From NCBI GenBank assembly GCA_001599295.1, contig BCGN01000010.1, positions 434,001-498,000 on the forward strand: a stretch of 64,000 bases of DNA, given 5' to 3'. The notes beneath the pieces were generated by a model. It was not told where the DNA came from. It saw only the letters and a list, made by a program, of their open reading frames with translations, and made no database searches. Positions 46,628 through 58,827 of the stretch are shown here, piece by piece. Position numbers and translations under genes: made by a program. Positions within the stretch are counted from its first letter, which is position 1; every line of letters begins with the position of its first letter. Source of the stretch: Sporopachydermia quercuum (taxonomy: Eukaryota).

Positions 46628-47591
46628 ATTGATAGAATTGACCTAACTGGGTTGAACAATAATGATAATAAAAGAGTTCTTCTTTAGTTACCTTTTCTTG
46701 CACTACAAAACCAATAAAAACAAAATATTACCAAACTGAAGCCTTCAATATCACTGTTGCTAACTCCATCCTAGAACCGTTCATCTTATTATTTCTCGTC
46801 TCTCAAACATAACAATTGACTATCTCCTTAGGTAGTCTGGTAAACAAATAAACAAAAAAAAAAAATTGAAGCAATAAGTAAGGTCCAAATCTCCTTTAGT
46901 GGAAATAATAATCACAGAAAGCTTTAGCTAAAGTTAGATAATTGATTATGTCATATAAATTACTTACTATATGAAAAAATTCAAATACCTCATAGTGCAT
47001 AGAGTTGCGTCGTTATACATAACAATGCATTACTACGACTCTGTTTCTCACACAAAAGCAAAATTTCAACAAAGTGACGGGACGAAGCACTCACGCATGA
47101 TTTTTGGCTTGAAGGTTCGATGATCATGATCTCCTCCTATTGATGATTTAGTTACATCATTATTATAACTATACTTCTCTGAATATCAATTATATTGCAT
47201 GTGAGATTTCTAGTTATATTTTACTCATTGGTAACGGATGAAAGAACAAACGGTTGACTCACTTGTGTTCTTTGAAGATACAAATTGATTCAAGTACAGT
47301 TTGTTACCAGTCGATCTATTGTTGACATTGGCCTTCTGATATGACCGCATGGTATCAATAAATAGATAGTGAATAACAGATATTGATGTCAACAATAATA
47401 GGTTGGAAAAAGCTACCAAGAAAACAACTAAAGACAAGTTCAGCATTCTCAATGTATCACCTGCCGTAAACATTCATATTGCACTTAGTAACAGGAGAAT
47501 AAGAGCAACTTTCAGCGAATATCAGACCTCAAATATATTGAACATTAATATCTCATACCAAATAAGTTAATCAGCATCAAGTACTACAAAA

Positions 47592-49658
47592 ATGGTGGAA
47601 GAAATTCTGTTAAATAAACATCTTGTACAAGGAAATCAAAGCACTTTTTCAGCTGATCTTATCAACTCACAGAATACATCAAATGGTATTTCAAAACAAC
47701 AGTCAGACCATGGTGATAACCAATCTTCAGCCAGAAAGGCACAATTAGGCTGGGGGGGGAAAAATGCTCCCGCAATGCCAACTCCTGCTCTACCAAGCAG
47801 TGATACGAAGCGACAAGGTAGGAAAAGAGCTTCATCAAGGTCATCCGGATCAACTACGGTTTCATCATCAGCAGCAACAGCTACTGGTCTCATATCGTCT
47901 AGAATGAATCGAGCTGTTGTCGTTTTAATGAGCTCTTTAAATGATACTTTTGATAGGAAATCTCTAATTTTACCTTACTATCCTGAAGTTCTAAAGCTGG
48001 GAAGACAAACAAATAGCAAAACACTACAATCACCTGATAATGGTTTTTTTGATTCAAGAGTTTTATCAAGACAACATGCTGAAATATGGGCAGATCCCAA
48101 AACCAAATTAGTCTATATTCAGGATACAAAATCCAGTAATGGTACATATGTCAACGGTGAGAGACTCAGCTCAGATAATGAACAGAGTCATCCTCATCAA
48201 CTGAAAGAAGGGGATGTATTAGAACTAGGTATTGATATCAAAAATGAGGATGATAAATCATTAGCTCATAAGAAAATTGCTGCTAAGATTGATAGAATTT
48301 CAATGTTAAATCTGAATACTAATCCAAGTGGGAATAGTACGTCTACAATTGTGAACAAAGAATCAGGTGGGAATACTCGTAGCCTTAGCAGAAGTAGCAG
48401 CACTAGTAGCATAAGCACTATCAACAGTACTGGTAGTAGTGCTAATAGTGTAAAACGAGAAAAAGCGAATAGCAGTTCGGCTGAAACTCTTGACGCTTCA
48501 TTATTTGGTGATATCAGCTCAGGATTTGAAGATCTTTCTTTAGGTATGCCTCATAATTCTGTAGGCGGTTTATTCATGAATTCTGGGATTGGTACATCCA
48601 TAAGCCTAGAATATACTATTAGAACGTTGTTCAATGAAATCCATTTAGCAAGAACAGAGAATGCTAAAATCAAATCAGTAGAAAAATTATTGAAAGACTT
48701 CAAAACCGACCTAAAGACCAAACAGGAAAATGAAGGACGTCAAAAGAAAGCTGAAGAACTAATGACAAATGGCTATAAAGAACTATCTTCGCAATTACAA
48801 AACATGAAAATTTTGCTTGACGATCAAACAAGGAAACTAAAACAGTTTGAACAAGAAGCAGAAACACACAATAGTGATGTTGCTCGTTTGAAACAAATAA
48901 TCATAGAAAATCAAGCAATCGTTGGTTCATTGACTGAAGAACTGAAACGTGAGAAAACGTCAAGGACTACAGCCAAAGAAGAGATCGAACAACTAAAAAC
49001 CGAATTATCTCAACGACTGAAGGAAATTAAACCTCATCCTGACTTGGCGAAAACACTCGATCAGTTGAATGAAACGGCGAACGAACGAGAAGCGTTCAAG
49101 AATAGAGCTTTGTCAGCTGAAGCATTAGTCGTTGAATACTCCAAAAAAGTTTCTGATAACGAACATGAATTAGAAAAGCAAAGAGAGAAAGTAAAGCTGT
49201 TAAATGAAAGAATTGCAATAGCGGAGCAAGAGAATTTGAAGAAGAAAGAACAAGAAAAACGGAAAGAATTGGAAATAGAAAAAGAGAGGAAAGAGAAACA
49301 AGATTTAGTTGATAGTTTGAGACTAAATGTGAAAACTGCTGAAGAGAGGCTATCTCTAGCCAATGAAGTTAACAATAAGAATATAAATTTTGTGAAGGAC
49401 CGTCTGAAAGGAAATGCTAGTAATAGCAACTACAGTAAGAACGATTTGAATGAGAATGAAAGTAAAATAAACAATGGAAATAATGATAATTCGGATAAAG
49501 TAGATTTGAAGAAACGGTTGAAAGCAGTGAACAACGTGAAATCATCTTCCAAGCATCAACAGAGTAAGAGAAGCATTTATATAATATCTTTTAGTGTTAT
49601 CATTGTGGGACTTGGCGTAGGTCTTTTGAATTCTGTTGGTAACAATGGGAAATGGTAA
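47592..49658 (+). CDS. VPS64: FHA + coiled-coil + tail-anchor protein (Vps64/Far9/Far10, SLMAP-like)
   Basis: SLNDTFDRKSL...LKLGRQ...NGFFDSRVLSRQHA...DTKSSNGTYVNG FHA domain; long coiled coil; C-terminal TM helix. Confidence 0.82.
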   Translation: MVEEILLNKHLVQGNQSTFSADLINSQNTSNGISKQQSDHGDNQSSARKAQLGWGGKNAPAMPTPALPSSDTKRQGRKRASSRSSGSTTVSSSAATATGLISSRMNRAVVVLMSSLNDTFDRKSLILPYYPEVLKLGRQTNSKTLQSPDNGFFDSRVLSRQHAEIWADPKTKLVYIQDTKSSNGTYVNGERLSSDNEQSHPHQLKEGDVLELGIDIKNEDDKSLAHKKIAAKIDRISMLNLNTNPSGNSTSTIVNKESGGNTRSLSRSSSTSSISTINSTGSSANSVKREKANSSSAETLDASLFGDISSGFEDLSLGMPHNSVGGLFMNSGIGTSISLEYTIRTLFNEIHLARTENAKIKSVEKLLKDFKTDLKTKQENEGRQKKAEELMTNGYKELSSQLQNMKILLDDQTRKLKQFEQEAETHNSDVARLKQIIIENQAIVGSLTEELKREKTSRTTAKEEIEQLKTELSQRLKEIKPHPDLAKTLDQLNETANEREAFKNRALSAEALVVEYSKKVSDNEHELEKQREKVKLLNERIAIAEQENLKKKEQEKRKELEIEKERKEKQDLVDSLRLNVKTAEERLSLANEVNNKNINFVKDRLKGNASNSNYSKNDLNENESKINNGNNDNSDKVDLKKRLKAVNNVKSSSKHQQSKRSIYIISFSVIIVGLGVGLLNSVGNNGKW

Positions 49659-50103
49659 TCTCCTGTAGAATGAAGAAAAGGAGAATATTTAATAATGATG
49701 TTTCATAGCAGAAAGTTTAGATAGGAATAATGAAAAATGATGTATTCAATTGTTCAAATTTTAAGTAACACCCTGCAGTATTTCAGTGTTATAAATATAA
49801 AATCGATTGAAATAGTGTTATTTTTATTTCTTCCGACATAAAATGTATTAAGTATCGCAGCAGATAGAACTGTGGAACTTTCTACGCATGAAGGTAATCA
49901 GAATAGCACACTTGTTCGTCCAATTAAATAGCTCTAAATAGATCTATATGTTCATTCCATCATATTAACAGCCATGGCCTTTTGTCAGGTCATCAGAGGT
50001 TCTATATAATAAATAATCTATTGTTCATTTTATATTTCTTCCATTATATGGCATGTATACAATAATCCGTTTATAAACTTGAACCCCGAAACCTCTTCCA
50101 TCT

Positions 50104-51036
50104 TCACTTTCCGTATGAGCTCAAAACATCTTCATATACTTCTTCACCATCCTCATACACGATGTTATTAAAACCAAAAACTTTTGCAAACTTCCCTACC
50201 CAAATATCTGCTGCTTTATCTATATCTTTCTCATTGACTGGTAACTTTCCTAATGATTGTATACTAACTGTTTTTTTACCATTCAACCCACAAGCTATAA
50301 ATTCCTCAAAAAAAGACAAATCTGTAGCTACATTGATTGCTACACCATGTGATGTAATACTTCTCCTAACATGAACACCAATTGCTGCTATTTTCTCATC
50401 ATCAGATACCCAAACTCCTGTGTTATCTGTTCTTTTCCCAGCAACGTTATATTCTTGCAACATACCAATAATACTCTGTTCTAGACCGCTAACATAACAT
50501 CTAGGTGATAGATACTTTTCTGGACTTTTCTCCAACATTCGCAGATCAATTATAGGATAAGAAACCAATTGACCAGGACCATGAAAGGTAGTTTGACCTC
50601 CTCGCTGGGAATGAAAAAATTCTGCTTTTCCTTGCTGTTGTAACTGTTTTATATGGGGTTGTGCATTTGCTGATCCTTCCCTTCTTCCCGCCGTATAAAT
50701 TGGATATGGATTGAATGTAATTATACAAGGATTGGGACGTACTGATGGATCTTTCTTTCGTTTATATTGCAAATGGGACTCAACTATTTTCTCCTGTATT
50801 GCAGAAATTGCATGGTATGATACAACGGATTTAAAATGGATATGCGTTAGTGATTCATCTCTTGATTTGATTCTAGAGCAAGTTGAGTTACTCCGTATTA
50901 TAGTCAGCTGAGCTGATTTTTGAGTGCTACTTCGTGAAACAAATTTCACAAGATGACACCATATACTGTCCCTGATCATTCTTATTGATTTCTTTGAGAT
51001 ATGAAATACCGTTTGATGGTTGTTGATTTTCAACAT
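50104..51036 (-). CDS. LIP2: Mitochondrial lipoyl(octanoyl) transferase
   Basis: YTAGRR, RGGQTTFHGPGQLVSYPI, KIAAIGV, TSHG.AIN, IACGL. Confidence 0.94.
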   Translation of the reverse strand: MLKINNHQTVFHISKKSIRMIRDSIWCHLVKFVSRSSTQKSAQLTIIRSNSTCSRIKSRDESLTHIHFKSVVSYHAISAIQEKIVESHLQYKRKKDPSVRPNPCIITFNPYPIYTAGRREGSANAQPHIKQLQQQGKAEFFHSQRGGQTTFHGPGQLVSYPIIDLRMLEKSPEKYLSPRCYVSGLEQSIIGMLQEYNVAGKRTDNTGVWVSDDEKIAAIGVHVRRSITSHGVAINVATDLSFFEEFIACGLNGKKTVSIQSLGKLPVNEKDIDKAADIWVGKFAKVFGFNNIVYEDGEEVYEDVLSSYGK

Positions 51037-51577
51037 AGAATTTGATTAGTTCTGATCTGATCAGCACAAGAGATGAATCTTCTAATCGGACCTCAAGTAT
51101 GTCAGTGTGAAGGTGGGAATTGGCAGCTATTGGAAGAGCCAACAAAGATTATACACCTTCCGCCCAAGTAAAGATTGTGTGTCGATGATGACCCCGCCTT
51201 TGAATTATTGATAGTCACTTAGCCAAATATCAAATATTAAGAGACAACCATTCCTTCGCCGAGACATCCAGGAATCAGAGTGAGAATGGAAATTTCGGAT
51301 ATTATGTAATGTTAAGGAACACATACTCAAACTGCAATAAAATCATAATTTCCGTTATTGTTCAAAATCGGAAATTTTATATCTCATCATAGTCGAAATT
51401 TCTATTCTATTTTCCCCACTTGATCCTACTTACAGAAGGATGAATGAGTACTATGGTTTATGAACCAATAACAGGAATTACAAGATAAATATCATTAAGC
51501 AACCTGATGATATAGTTATTTGGAGAGGAATCCCGCAAAAGTTGTAATTCAGTGCATTCATTACCAGTTCTCTCATA

Positions 51578-52291
51578 ATGCTAGTGTTGGGTCTGACCGG
51601 GGGTATAGCATGTGGTAAATCCACAGTATCAGCTTGTTTGAGAGAACAATACAATATACCGATAATTGATGCTGATTTTATTGCTAGAGAAGTTGTAGAA
51701 CCAGGACAGCCAGCCTATAAGAAAATTGTCTCATACTTCGGCAAGAAAGTTCCTAACCTACTTCATCCAGATGGAACACTGAACAGACCTGAATTGGGTA
51801 AAGCAGTGTTCGGACAGCCAGATGAATTAAAGAAACTTAATTCATTTATTCATCCTGAAGTAAGAAAACTCATATTTTGGAGGGTTTTCATACAATGGAT
51901 TAAAGGTACTCGTTTGGTTATACTAGATGTACCTTTGTTATTCGAAGCTGGTTTAGATATATTTTGTGGGTATTCAGTATCAGTGATATGTGATAAGGAA
52001 GTTCAAATGCGGAGATTGTTAGATAGGGATGATCAGCTATCACCAGAAGATGCTGAGAAAAGAATTAATTCACAAATGTCAACAGAAGAGAAAATCAAAC
52101 GTTCTGATTTTATTCTTGATAATTCAACTACAATTGATAGTTTGCATAATCAAATTAATAGCCTAGTTAAGTATGTACAACCATCTCTATTTAGAACATT
52201 GCTGGAGCTCATTCCGGTCGTTGGCTTAGGCTTTGCACTTTGGTCAATCCTACATAATCGAACGAGGCAGAGGTTGCAAAAGAGTCTTTGA
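51578..52291 (+). CDS. CAB5: Dephospho-CoA kinase
   Basis: GLTGGIACGKSTVS P-loop, IDAD, IHPEVR, LDVPLLFE; C-terminal hydrophobic segment. Confidence 0.95.
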   Translation: MLVLGLTGGIACGKSTVSACLREQYNIPIIDADFIAREVVEPGQPAYKKIVSYFGKKVPNLLHPDGTLNRPELGKAVFGQPDELKKLNSFIHPEVRKLIFWRVFIQWIKGTRLVILDVPLLFEAGLDIFCGYSVSVICDKEVQMRRLLDRDDQLSPEDAEKRINSQMSTEEKIKRSDFILDNSTTIDSLHNQINSLVKYVQPSLFRTLLELIPVVGLGFALWSILHNRTRQRLQKSL

Positions 52292-52631
52292 ACTACAGAG
52301 TGAATTTCCTTAGATCAATCAAATCATTTAAAAACAAAGTATTCTCATCTATTACAGTTAACAGTAATTGAAGAAATAACCAGTAATAGGCATGTAAAGG
52401 CTCTAGAAGGTAATGATCACTCTTATTTTGTAACATAGTCATTTAAAATCAGATTGAATTATGTCATCTTTTATTATTTCCTAAGCTTTCCTTTGTTGCC
52501 GTTTTATCCATCTGGCTATCCGATCCACGTGATACTTTTTTCTTTGTTTCTATCAATCTTTTCTAATTTCGTGGTCTTGCATCATTATGCATTTACTCTG
52601 CATACAATTCGATATTAAGCATATGCAAGAT

Positions 52632-52676
52632 GTTCTAGAATACATGAGAATGTTCTTGAATTTGCTAGAACATTCT
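52632..52676. promoter_or_regulatory. Heat-shock element array upstream of HSP104
   Basis: TTC/GAA cores in exact 5-bp phase at 52633, 52638, 52648, 52653, 52658, 52668, 52673. Confidence 0.85.
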
Positions 52677-52905
52677 ATAAATCTGATTACATGTACATAA
52701 AAATAGACTTTACCTTTGTGCATGACCTTTTTGTGAATTTCACATGTACATACTAAAACATCTCATTCACTACAGAATCTAATAGAAAAAGTGACTTTTC
52801 AATTGACTTTCAGTTAACTCATCTATTCACTTCTATTAGAGATGATGTGATGCTTCTTTGCTTCACAGCTTCCCTTAAACTTGAGGTTATTGTCAGCCTC
52901 AGGCA

Positions 52906-52913
52906 TATAAATA
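52906..52913 (+). promoter_or_regulatory. TATA box of HSP104
   Basis: TATAAATA between the HSE array and the ATG. Confidence 0.55.
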
Positions 52914-53177
52914 GTCTCTTGTTTCCTTGCTAAGAGTTGCTGGCCCAGACTTGCTCATATACGTTTTTATTCATTAGATTATTTGCTTCATTTATCAAAT
53001 ATCACATATGCATTGAATATTGATTATTCATTTATACAACAAAGCGATTGATATTATCATTGTTATTAACCAACAAAAACAATAACATAGAAAACTAGAA
53101 GTCACTGTTATATACATTAACAGACTTATAATAATAACTACTAGTTATTCATATTTATACTTGAACACACATTCAAA

Positions 53178-55862
53178 ATGTCGATGGAACAAGATCTAAA
53201 TCTTACCGATAGAGCTACTCAGATTCTAAGCGATGCTAATAGACTTGCAACTGAACAAAGTCACAGTTCTATTATGCCTTTGCATATCTTAGCAGCTATG
53301 GCAGAGAAACAAGATGGCTCTTCTGAGGTTTCATATCTTCAAACAGTAGTTGAAAAGGCTCATTACGATTTCACTGATTTCTCAAGAGTCATCAACAGAC
53401 ATTTAGTACGTTTACCTAGTCAAAATCCCCCACCTCCTTATGTTTCATTAGATAACACAACTGCTAAGTTAATCACCAACGCCAAGAAGATAAGAAAGAG
53501 TCAAAAAGATGAGTTCTTAGCACAGGATCATTTGTTATTAGCCTTACTTCAAGATAGTTCTATTCAAACAATATTGAAAGAAAGCAACATAAAAGCAAGT
53601 GCTTTAGAAAATGCCATTCAAGGTATTCGTGGTAATCAAAGAATTGATTCACGTTCTGCTGATACAAGCTCGAATTTTGAGTATCTTAATAAATACGCTA
53701 TCGATCTAACTGAGAAAGCAAGAAAAGGTGAATTGGACCCTGTGATTGGAAGAGATGTGGAAATAAGAAGATGTCTTCATGTGTTGGCAAGAAGAACCAA
53801 GTCTAATCCTTGTCTTATTGGTGATCCTGGTGTAGGTAAGACAAGTGTGGTTGAAGGTGTCGCTCAAAGAATTATCGACAACGATGTTCCAACAGTTTTA
53901 CAGGGTTGCATTCTGTTTGCCTTAGACGTTGGTGCCTTGAAGGCTGGTGCTAAGTATCAAGGTGAATTTGAGGAAAGATTAAAAGGTGTTTTAAAGGAAA
54001 TCGAAGACTCTGATAAGATGATCATTCTATTCATTGATGAAATTCATATGTTGATGGGTGATGGTAAATCAGATGCTGCTAATTTGCTTAAGCCAATGCT
54101 TGCTAGAGGTGCCTTACATTGTATCGGTGCAACTACTGTTGCTGAATACAGAAAATATGTTGAAAAGGATGGTGCTTTTGAAAGAAGATTCCAAAAGATT
54201 GATGTCAAGGAACCTTCCATTCAAGAAACTGTTGCTATTCTAAGAGGTTTACAGAATAAGTACGAAATCCATCATGGTGTTCGTATTTTAGATTCAGCTT
54301 TATTTACAGCTGCTCAATTAGCTTCAAGATATCTTACATACAGGAAACTACCTGATTCTGCAGTCGATTTAATTGATGAGTCTGCTGCTGCAGTTGCTGT
54401 AACAAGAGATTCAAAGCCTGAGGAGCTGGATAATTTAGAACGACAATTACAACTGATTCAAGTTGAAATCAGAGCTTTAGAGCGTGATGCTGATACTGAT
54501 AAGCATACAAAGGAAAAATTGCAACAAGCTCGTCAAAAGGAAGCCAGTATTGAAGAACAACTTAAACCTCTTAGAGAATCGTTCCAAGAAGAAAGAGCTG
54601 GCCATGAAGAATTAAACAACCTTAAGAGAAAACTTGAAGAATTGAGGGTCAAGATGCAAGATGCTGAACGTCGTAATGATATTGGAACTGCATCCGATTT
54701 GAAGTACTTTGCAATTCCTGATATTCAAAATAAAATCAATCAATTGGAACTAAGCGAAAAGGATGATTCTTTAACCCAAAACGTTGTTGATTCAGAAATC
54801 ATTGCCGAAACAGCTGCAAGACTCACTGGTATTCCTGTTTCAAAGCTAACACAAACCGAGAATGCTAAGTTGATCAACATGGAGAAAGAATTGAGCCAAC
54901 AAGTCGTTGGTCAATCAGAAGCTATCAAAGCCGTTTCCAATGCTGTGAGATTAGCTAGAGCTAATTTGGCCAATCCTAATGCTCCACCATCATTCCTATT
55001 CCTTGGGTTGTCAGGTTCAGGTAAGACAGAACTAGCAAAGAAACTAGCTGGCTTCTTATTTGCCGATGAGAAAGCTATCACCAGAATTGATTGTTCTGAA
55101 TTGTCTGAAAAGCATTCAGGTTCAAAGCTGATTGGTGCTCCTCCTGGTTATGTTGGCTACGAAGAAGGTGGTATCTTAACTGAGGCATTGATCAGAAGGC
55201 CTTATTCCGTTGTTTTATTCGATGAGGTGGAAAAAGCTTCACCTGATGTCTTGACAATCTTACTTCAAGTTCTGGATGATGGTCGTATCACAAGCTCAGC
55301 CGGTAAAGTTGTGAATTGTGCCAACTGTTTGATCATCATGACTTCGAATCTTGGTGCTGAATACATCAATAGAAGTACAGCTTCTCATATTGATAAGGTC
55401 ACACAGGATCTTGTTATGAACGCTGTGAGAGCTCACTTCAAGCCAGAATTCCTTAATCGTATTTCTTCCATGATTGTTTTCAACAGATTATCGAAGAAGG
55501 CTATCAAGAAGATTGTGGAAATCAGATTAAGGGAAATCGATGAAAGGTTAGCTGATAACAATAAAAAGATCAAGATTGAAGTCTCATCTGAAGCTATTGA
55601 ATATCTATGCAAGCATGGTTATTCAAAGGATTTGGGTGCAAGACCTTTGAACAGATTGATCCAGAATGCTATTTTGAACAAGCTGGCAGTCTTATTGTTG
55701 AGAGATCAAATTAGAGACAACGAGGTAGCCAAAGTTGTATTGAATGCATCTGGTGAGATCGAAGTGTTAGCAAATCATGAACCAAGTACAACTGATGAGC
55801 CAATGGCTGTTGATAGCTCTGATGATGATGAAGTTATGACCGATGATGAGGATTTGGATTAA
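53178..55862 (+). CDS. HSP104: Hsp104 disaggregase (ClpB family)
   Basis: N-domain, two AAA+ modules (GDPGVGKT, FIDEIH; GLSGSGKT, FDEVEKA), M-domain, acidic C-terminus DEDLD*. Confidence 0.97.
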   Translation: MSMEQDLNLTDRATQILSDANRLATEQSHSSIMPLHILAAMAEKQDGSSEVSYLQTVVEKAHYDFTDFSRVINRHLVRLPSQNPPPPYVSLDNTTAKLITNAKKIRKSQKDEFLAQDHLLLALLQDSSIQTILKESNIKASALENAIQGIRGNQRIDSRSADTSSNFEYLNKYAIDLTEKARKGELDPVIGRDVEIRRCLHVLARRTKSNPCLIGDPGVGKTSVVEGVAQRIIDNDVPTVLQGCILFALDVGALKAGAKYQGEFEERLKGVLKEIEDSDKMIILFIDEIHMLMGDGKSDAANLLKPMLARGALHCIGATTVAEYRKYVEKDGAFERRFQKIDVKEPSIQETVAILRGLQNKYEIHHGVRILDSALFTAAQLASRYLTYRKLPDSAVDLIDESAAAVAVTRDSKPEELDNLERQLQLIQVEIRALERDADTDKHTKEKLQQARQKEASIEEQLKPLRESFQEERAGHEELNNLKRKLEELRVKMQDAERRNDIGTASDLKYFAIPDIQNKINQLELSEKDDSLTQNVVDSEIIAETAARLTGIPVSKLTQTENAKLINMEKELSQQVVGQSEAIKAVSNAVRLARANLANPNAPPSFLFLGLSGSGKTELAKKLAGFLFADEKAITRIDCSELSEKHSGSKLIGAPPGYVGYEEGGILTEALIRRPYSVVLFDEVEKASPDVLTILLQVLDDGRITSSAGKVVNCANCLIIMTSNLGAEYINRSTASHIDKVTQDLVMNAVRAHFKPEFLNRISSMIVFNRLSKKAIKKIVEIRLREIDERLADNNKKIKIEVSSEAIEYLCKHGYSKDLGARPLNRLIQNAILNKLAVLLLRDQIRDNEVAKVVLNASGEIEVLANHEPSTTDEPMAVDSSDDDEVMTDDEDLD

Positions 55863-56121
55863 ATGGTTAAACAATAAAGGAAGATAGGTTAGAATTGATT
55901 ACTTGTATATATTAAATAGAGAAAAAGAATAATTATTATTTATCTTAGTATTAAAAATTTTATAAGTGTAAATAAATAACATTACCCGTTGAGATAGCAA
56001 TTTAGAGGATAATGGTGACAGCGCACGGTATCTATCTACAATAAACTAACATTGGAATTAAGTATAATACATTAAATCTCTACCCAAAACTTCTAATATC
56101 CTGTCATATACAATAAACCTA

Positions 56122-57247
56122 TTAACTATATGTTTCAATCAAAGTGTCTCTCAGATTGCCAGAAATGGCATCTGGCTGAGCATCATGAAGTTTGAAAATT
56201 GATTCAATAACACTTAATTCTGGTGATGTTGTATCCAATCCTGTGACAGCCAACCAATCATTAACAACCATTCCAGCACCAACAACTGATGAACCTCTAT
56301 TGATAGTTCCTGCGACCAGAGGTACTTGTAATAATGATGATAATTCTTCTTGATCTTGAACACTTGTCTGAGGATGAACTAACCCACCTTGATTGGATAA
56401 TGAACAATAACTACCAACTAAAACATTACCAGCAATTGTTTGACGAAATACTTCAACTCCTAACACATCAGCAATGATTTCTTCAGTTTCGCGTTCAATA
56501 TCAGGGTGCACTAAGGCAACATAGTCATTACAGCAAATTACATTACCTAAAGCTGATAATCGCTCTTCAACACGTTGAATCTTAACACTTTCAGGAAGAC
56601 TATTTCTTAAATGTTGTAATTCTTGATCTGTGGTTTGAGTTGGAACCAATAGCCCTCGTCGGTTACCTGCGGTCATTCTACCAATTATCCGGCTACCAGC
56701 AATTGTAGTATGCACTATAGGAATAACGTCAGCTACTTCTGCTTCAAAAGTGCTGTAGAAGTTCTCAGATCCTCCAACTGCCACCAGACAGTATGAATTA
56801 GTTAATTTCGAGAAAACTCCAATTCTGCCATGTTAGTAAAAAATGGTATTAAAAAGTTGAACTTTCAGAAATAAAAACAAAATAGTTTTATGATGTCTAA
56901 TGTTGTGCTGTGTTATGAGATAGTTGAACCAAAAGCCTGTAATATACTGAATAGGTCAACTAAGTATTAATCTCTAGAATCTCTAGTATACAACTCCTAT
57001 TTCTCTCTCGTTCAGCTGTAACTGAATTACAATCATAACTAATAAGCCTCCTATTTATTGCTCTTCAGCTTTCTTATCACCATAAATAATCGAACTAATC
57101 TTTGTTCCAGACATATAAGCTACCACTTACTCATTGGAGTTTTCAAACTAGTAAACTGTTAGAATGACTGACTATGCAAGTATAGAGAAAGAGTTAAACA
57201 ATTCTCTCAATTTCATTGTAAGTACTTACTTGAGCTCTTGTAGCCAT
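56122..57247 (-). CDS. TIF6: eIF6; exons 57247-57230, 57147-57131, 56824-56122 (245 aa)
   Basis: Spliced product [34 protein letters not shown]...[10 protein letters not shown]; 245 aa, as expected for eIF6. Confidence 0.96.
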
Positions 57248-58827
57248 TTTTACGAATCTATTTCAATACTTTTGTTAATTTCCTTAGATATGTTGCATCA
57301 ATCTAATCTCTTTGAGTACTGTATTAATACTCAGTACTACCACCAACTTTACAGTGTGAACTTCCGAAACCAACAATAGATAAAACTATAGTGAAATTGC
57401 TCAAATAGTAAACCGATTGACAAGGAATTATACAATTACTTTATTTCAAACAAGTTTCAACGAAAATTGCAGGAATAAAAGAACACAATGTGGCAAACAG
57501 CTGAATTATATGTTTGTTTAATAAAGAAAAAATTTTGTTCTGTTACTTATGAATCGTGAATCGATGGGATAAATTTTCAAGGGATGGGATATGAGACAGT
57601 AAAAGGAGACCGGAGACAATAACAAGGGGAATTACTTACTCCGCTGACTGGCGAATTCTTGTTGTGCTAATTGATAGAATGGAAGAAGGAGTTTAATTCT
57701 TACAGAGAAATTTGATTATATCTTCATAGTATCTGTTCAACAGTAATAAAATGAATAGAGAGCAAACATAACAAAATATTGCTCTTTTGACGAGTATTAC
57801 AGTTCTATTTCTTTTCACTTACCTGAGTAATATCCGATATTGATTGAGATTAGGACAGATAGTTTCCGATATAATATATCACGTGACTTAAATATTGAAA
57901 ATTCTATAAGCATGAAAATGGAATAAGTGCGAAATGCTTAGGAAGTGGATAGTTTTCGTCACATCTTCGATCTTCCAGAGTGTAAGTTGAACTCAATTAT
58001 TCTTTACTGCCCGAGGAAAATACAACTGTCTATAACCACTCAAGTTATGCTGAACACTTAGAACAACTCTTATAGCTCCGAGATAAGCCATGTTCTCAGA
58101 ACTTTCAGAGGAATAGAAAAAGAGGGGTGGGTATACTGAAGACTGGACTTGACTCTCTGGAAACTAATTTACTTGACAGTAATAAGAAATGAGAACTATA
58201 AACTGGATATCATATATACTAGAGTATATGGCTTACTATTTTATCCAATATTAGATAACCTATAAGTAAAGTAGAATACATTATGACAGTTATAGTATAC
58301 ATAGTAGCTAATGTCTCCTTTCATTTAGGTATTTGTTTCTTGTATTCGATATAGTCTCCGTAATGCTCTTACTATACGTTATGGGACTAATACCTCTTGA
58401 TACTTTTACACTAACTATCTTGACATTCTGCTCTGAATTTCAGATTATAATTATTAATACTGTTCTTTTGTATATTTTATTTTAATTTCAGAATAGTTCT
58501 TCATGGATACTTCAGAATGACCTTCTTTTTCACTATAGATTTTTCTTCAAAATCTTCTGACTTCATGTCTCCTCGTATGCTCTTTTTCATAATCTCCGAA
58601 ATTTGAATTCCGGAAATCTTCCTCTTTCTTAAACCCGTGCTTTCACCGATGTCACTAACCAATTGACGACTCTATCACCATTTATCACAATCTAAAAGTA
58701 TTCTATTAACGAAAGATAAATGAAACAAAAATAATTTACTTACTAAAGAGCATATTATACTGATAACTGTAGTATATTTTCATTTTGTTAGACTACGTTT
58801 CAGTATAAAGACAGATTTTCATCAACA

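Noticed and set aside
57934..58330. Possible small spliced gene between TIF6 and STT4 (GTAAGT at ~57982, CTAAT..AG candidates)
   Set aside because: Joining gives an immediate stop; branch points are weak and there is no recognisable product
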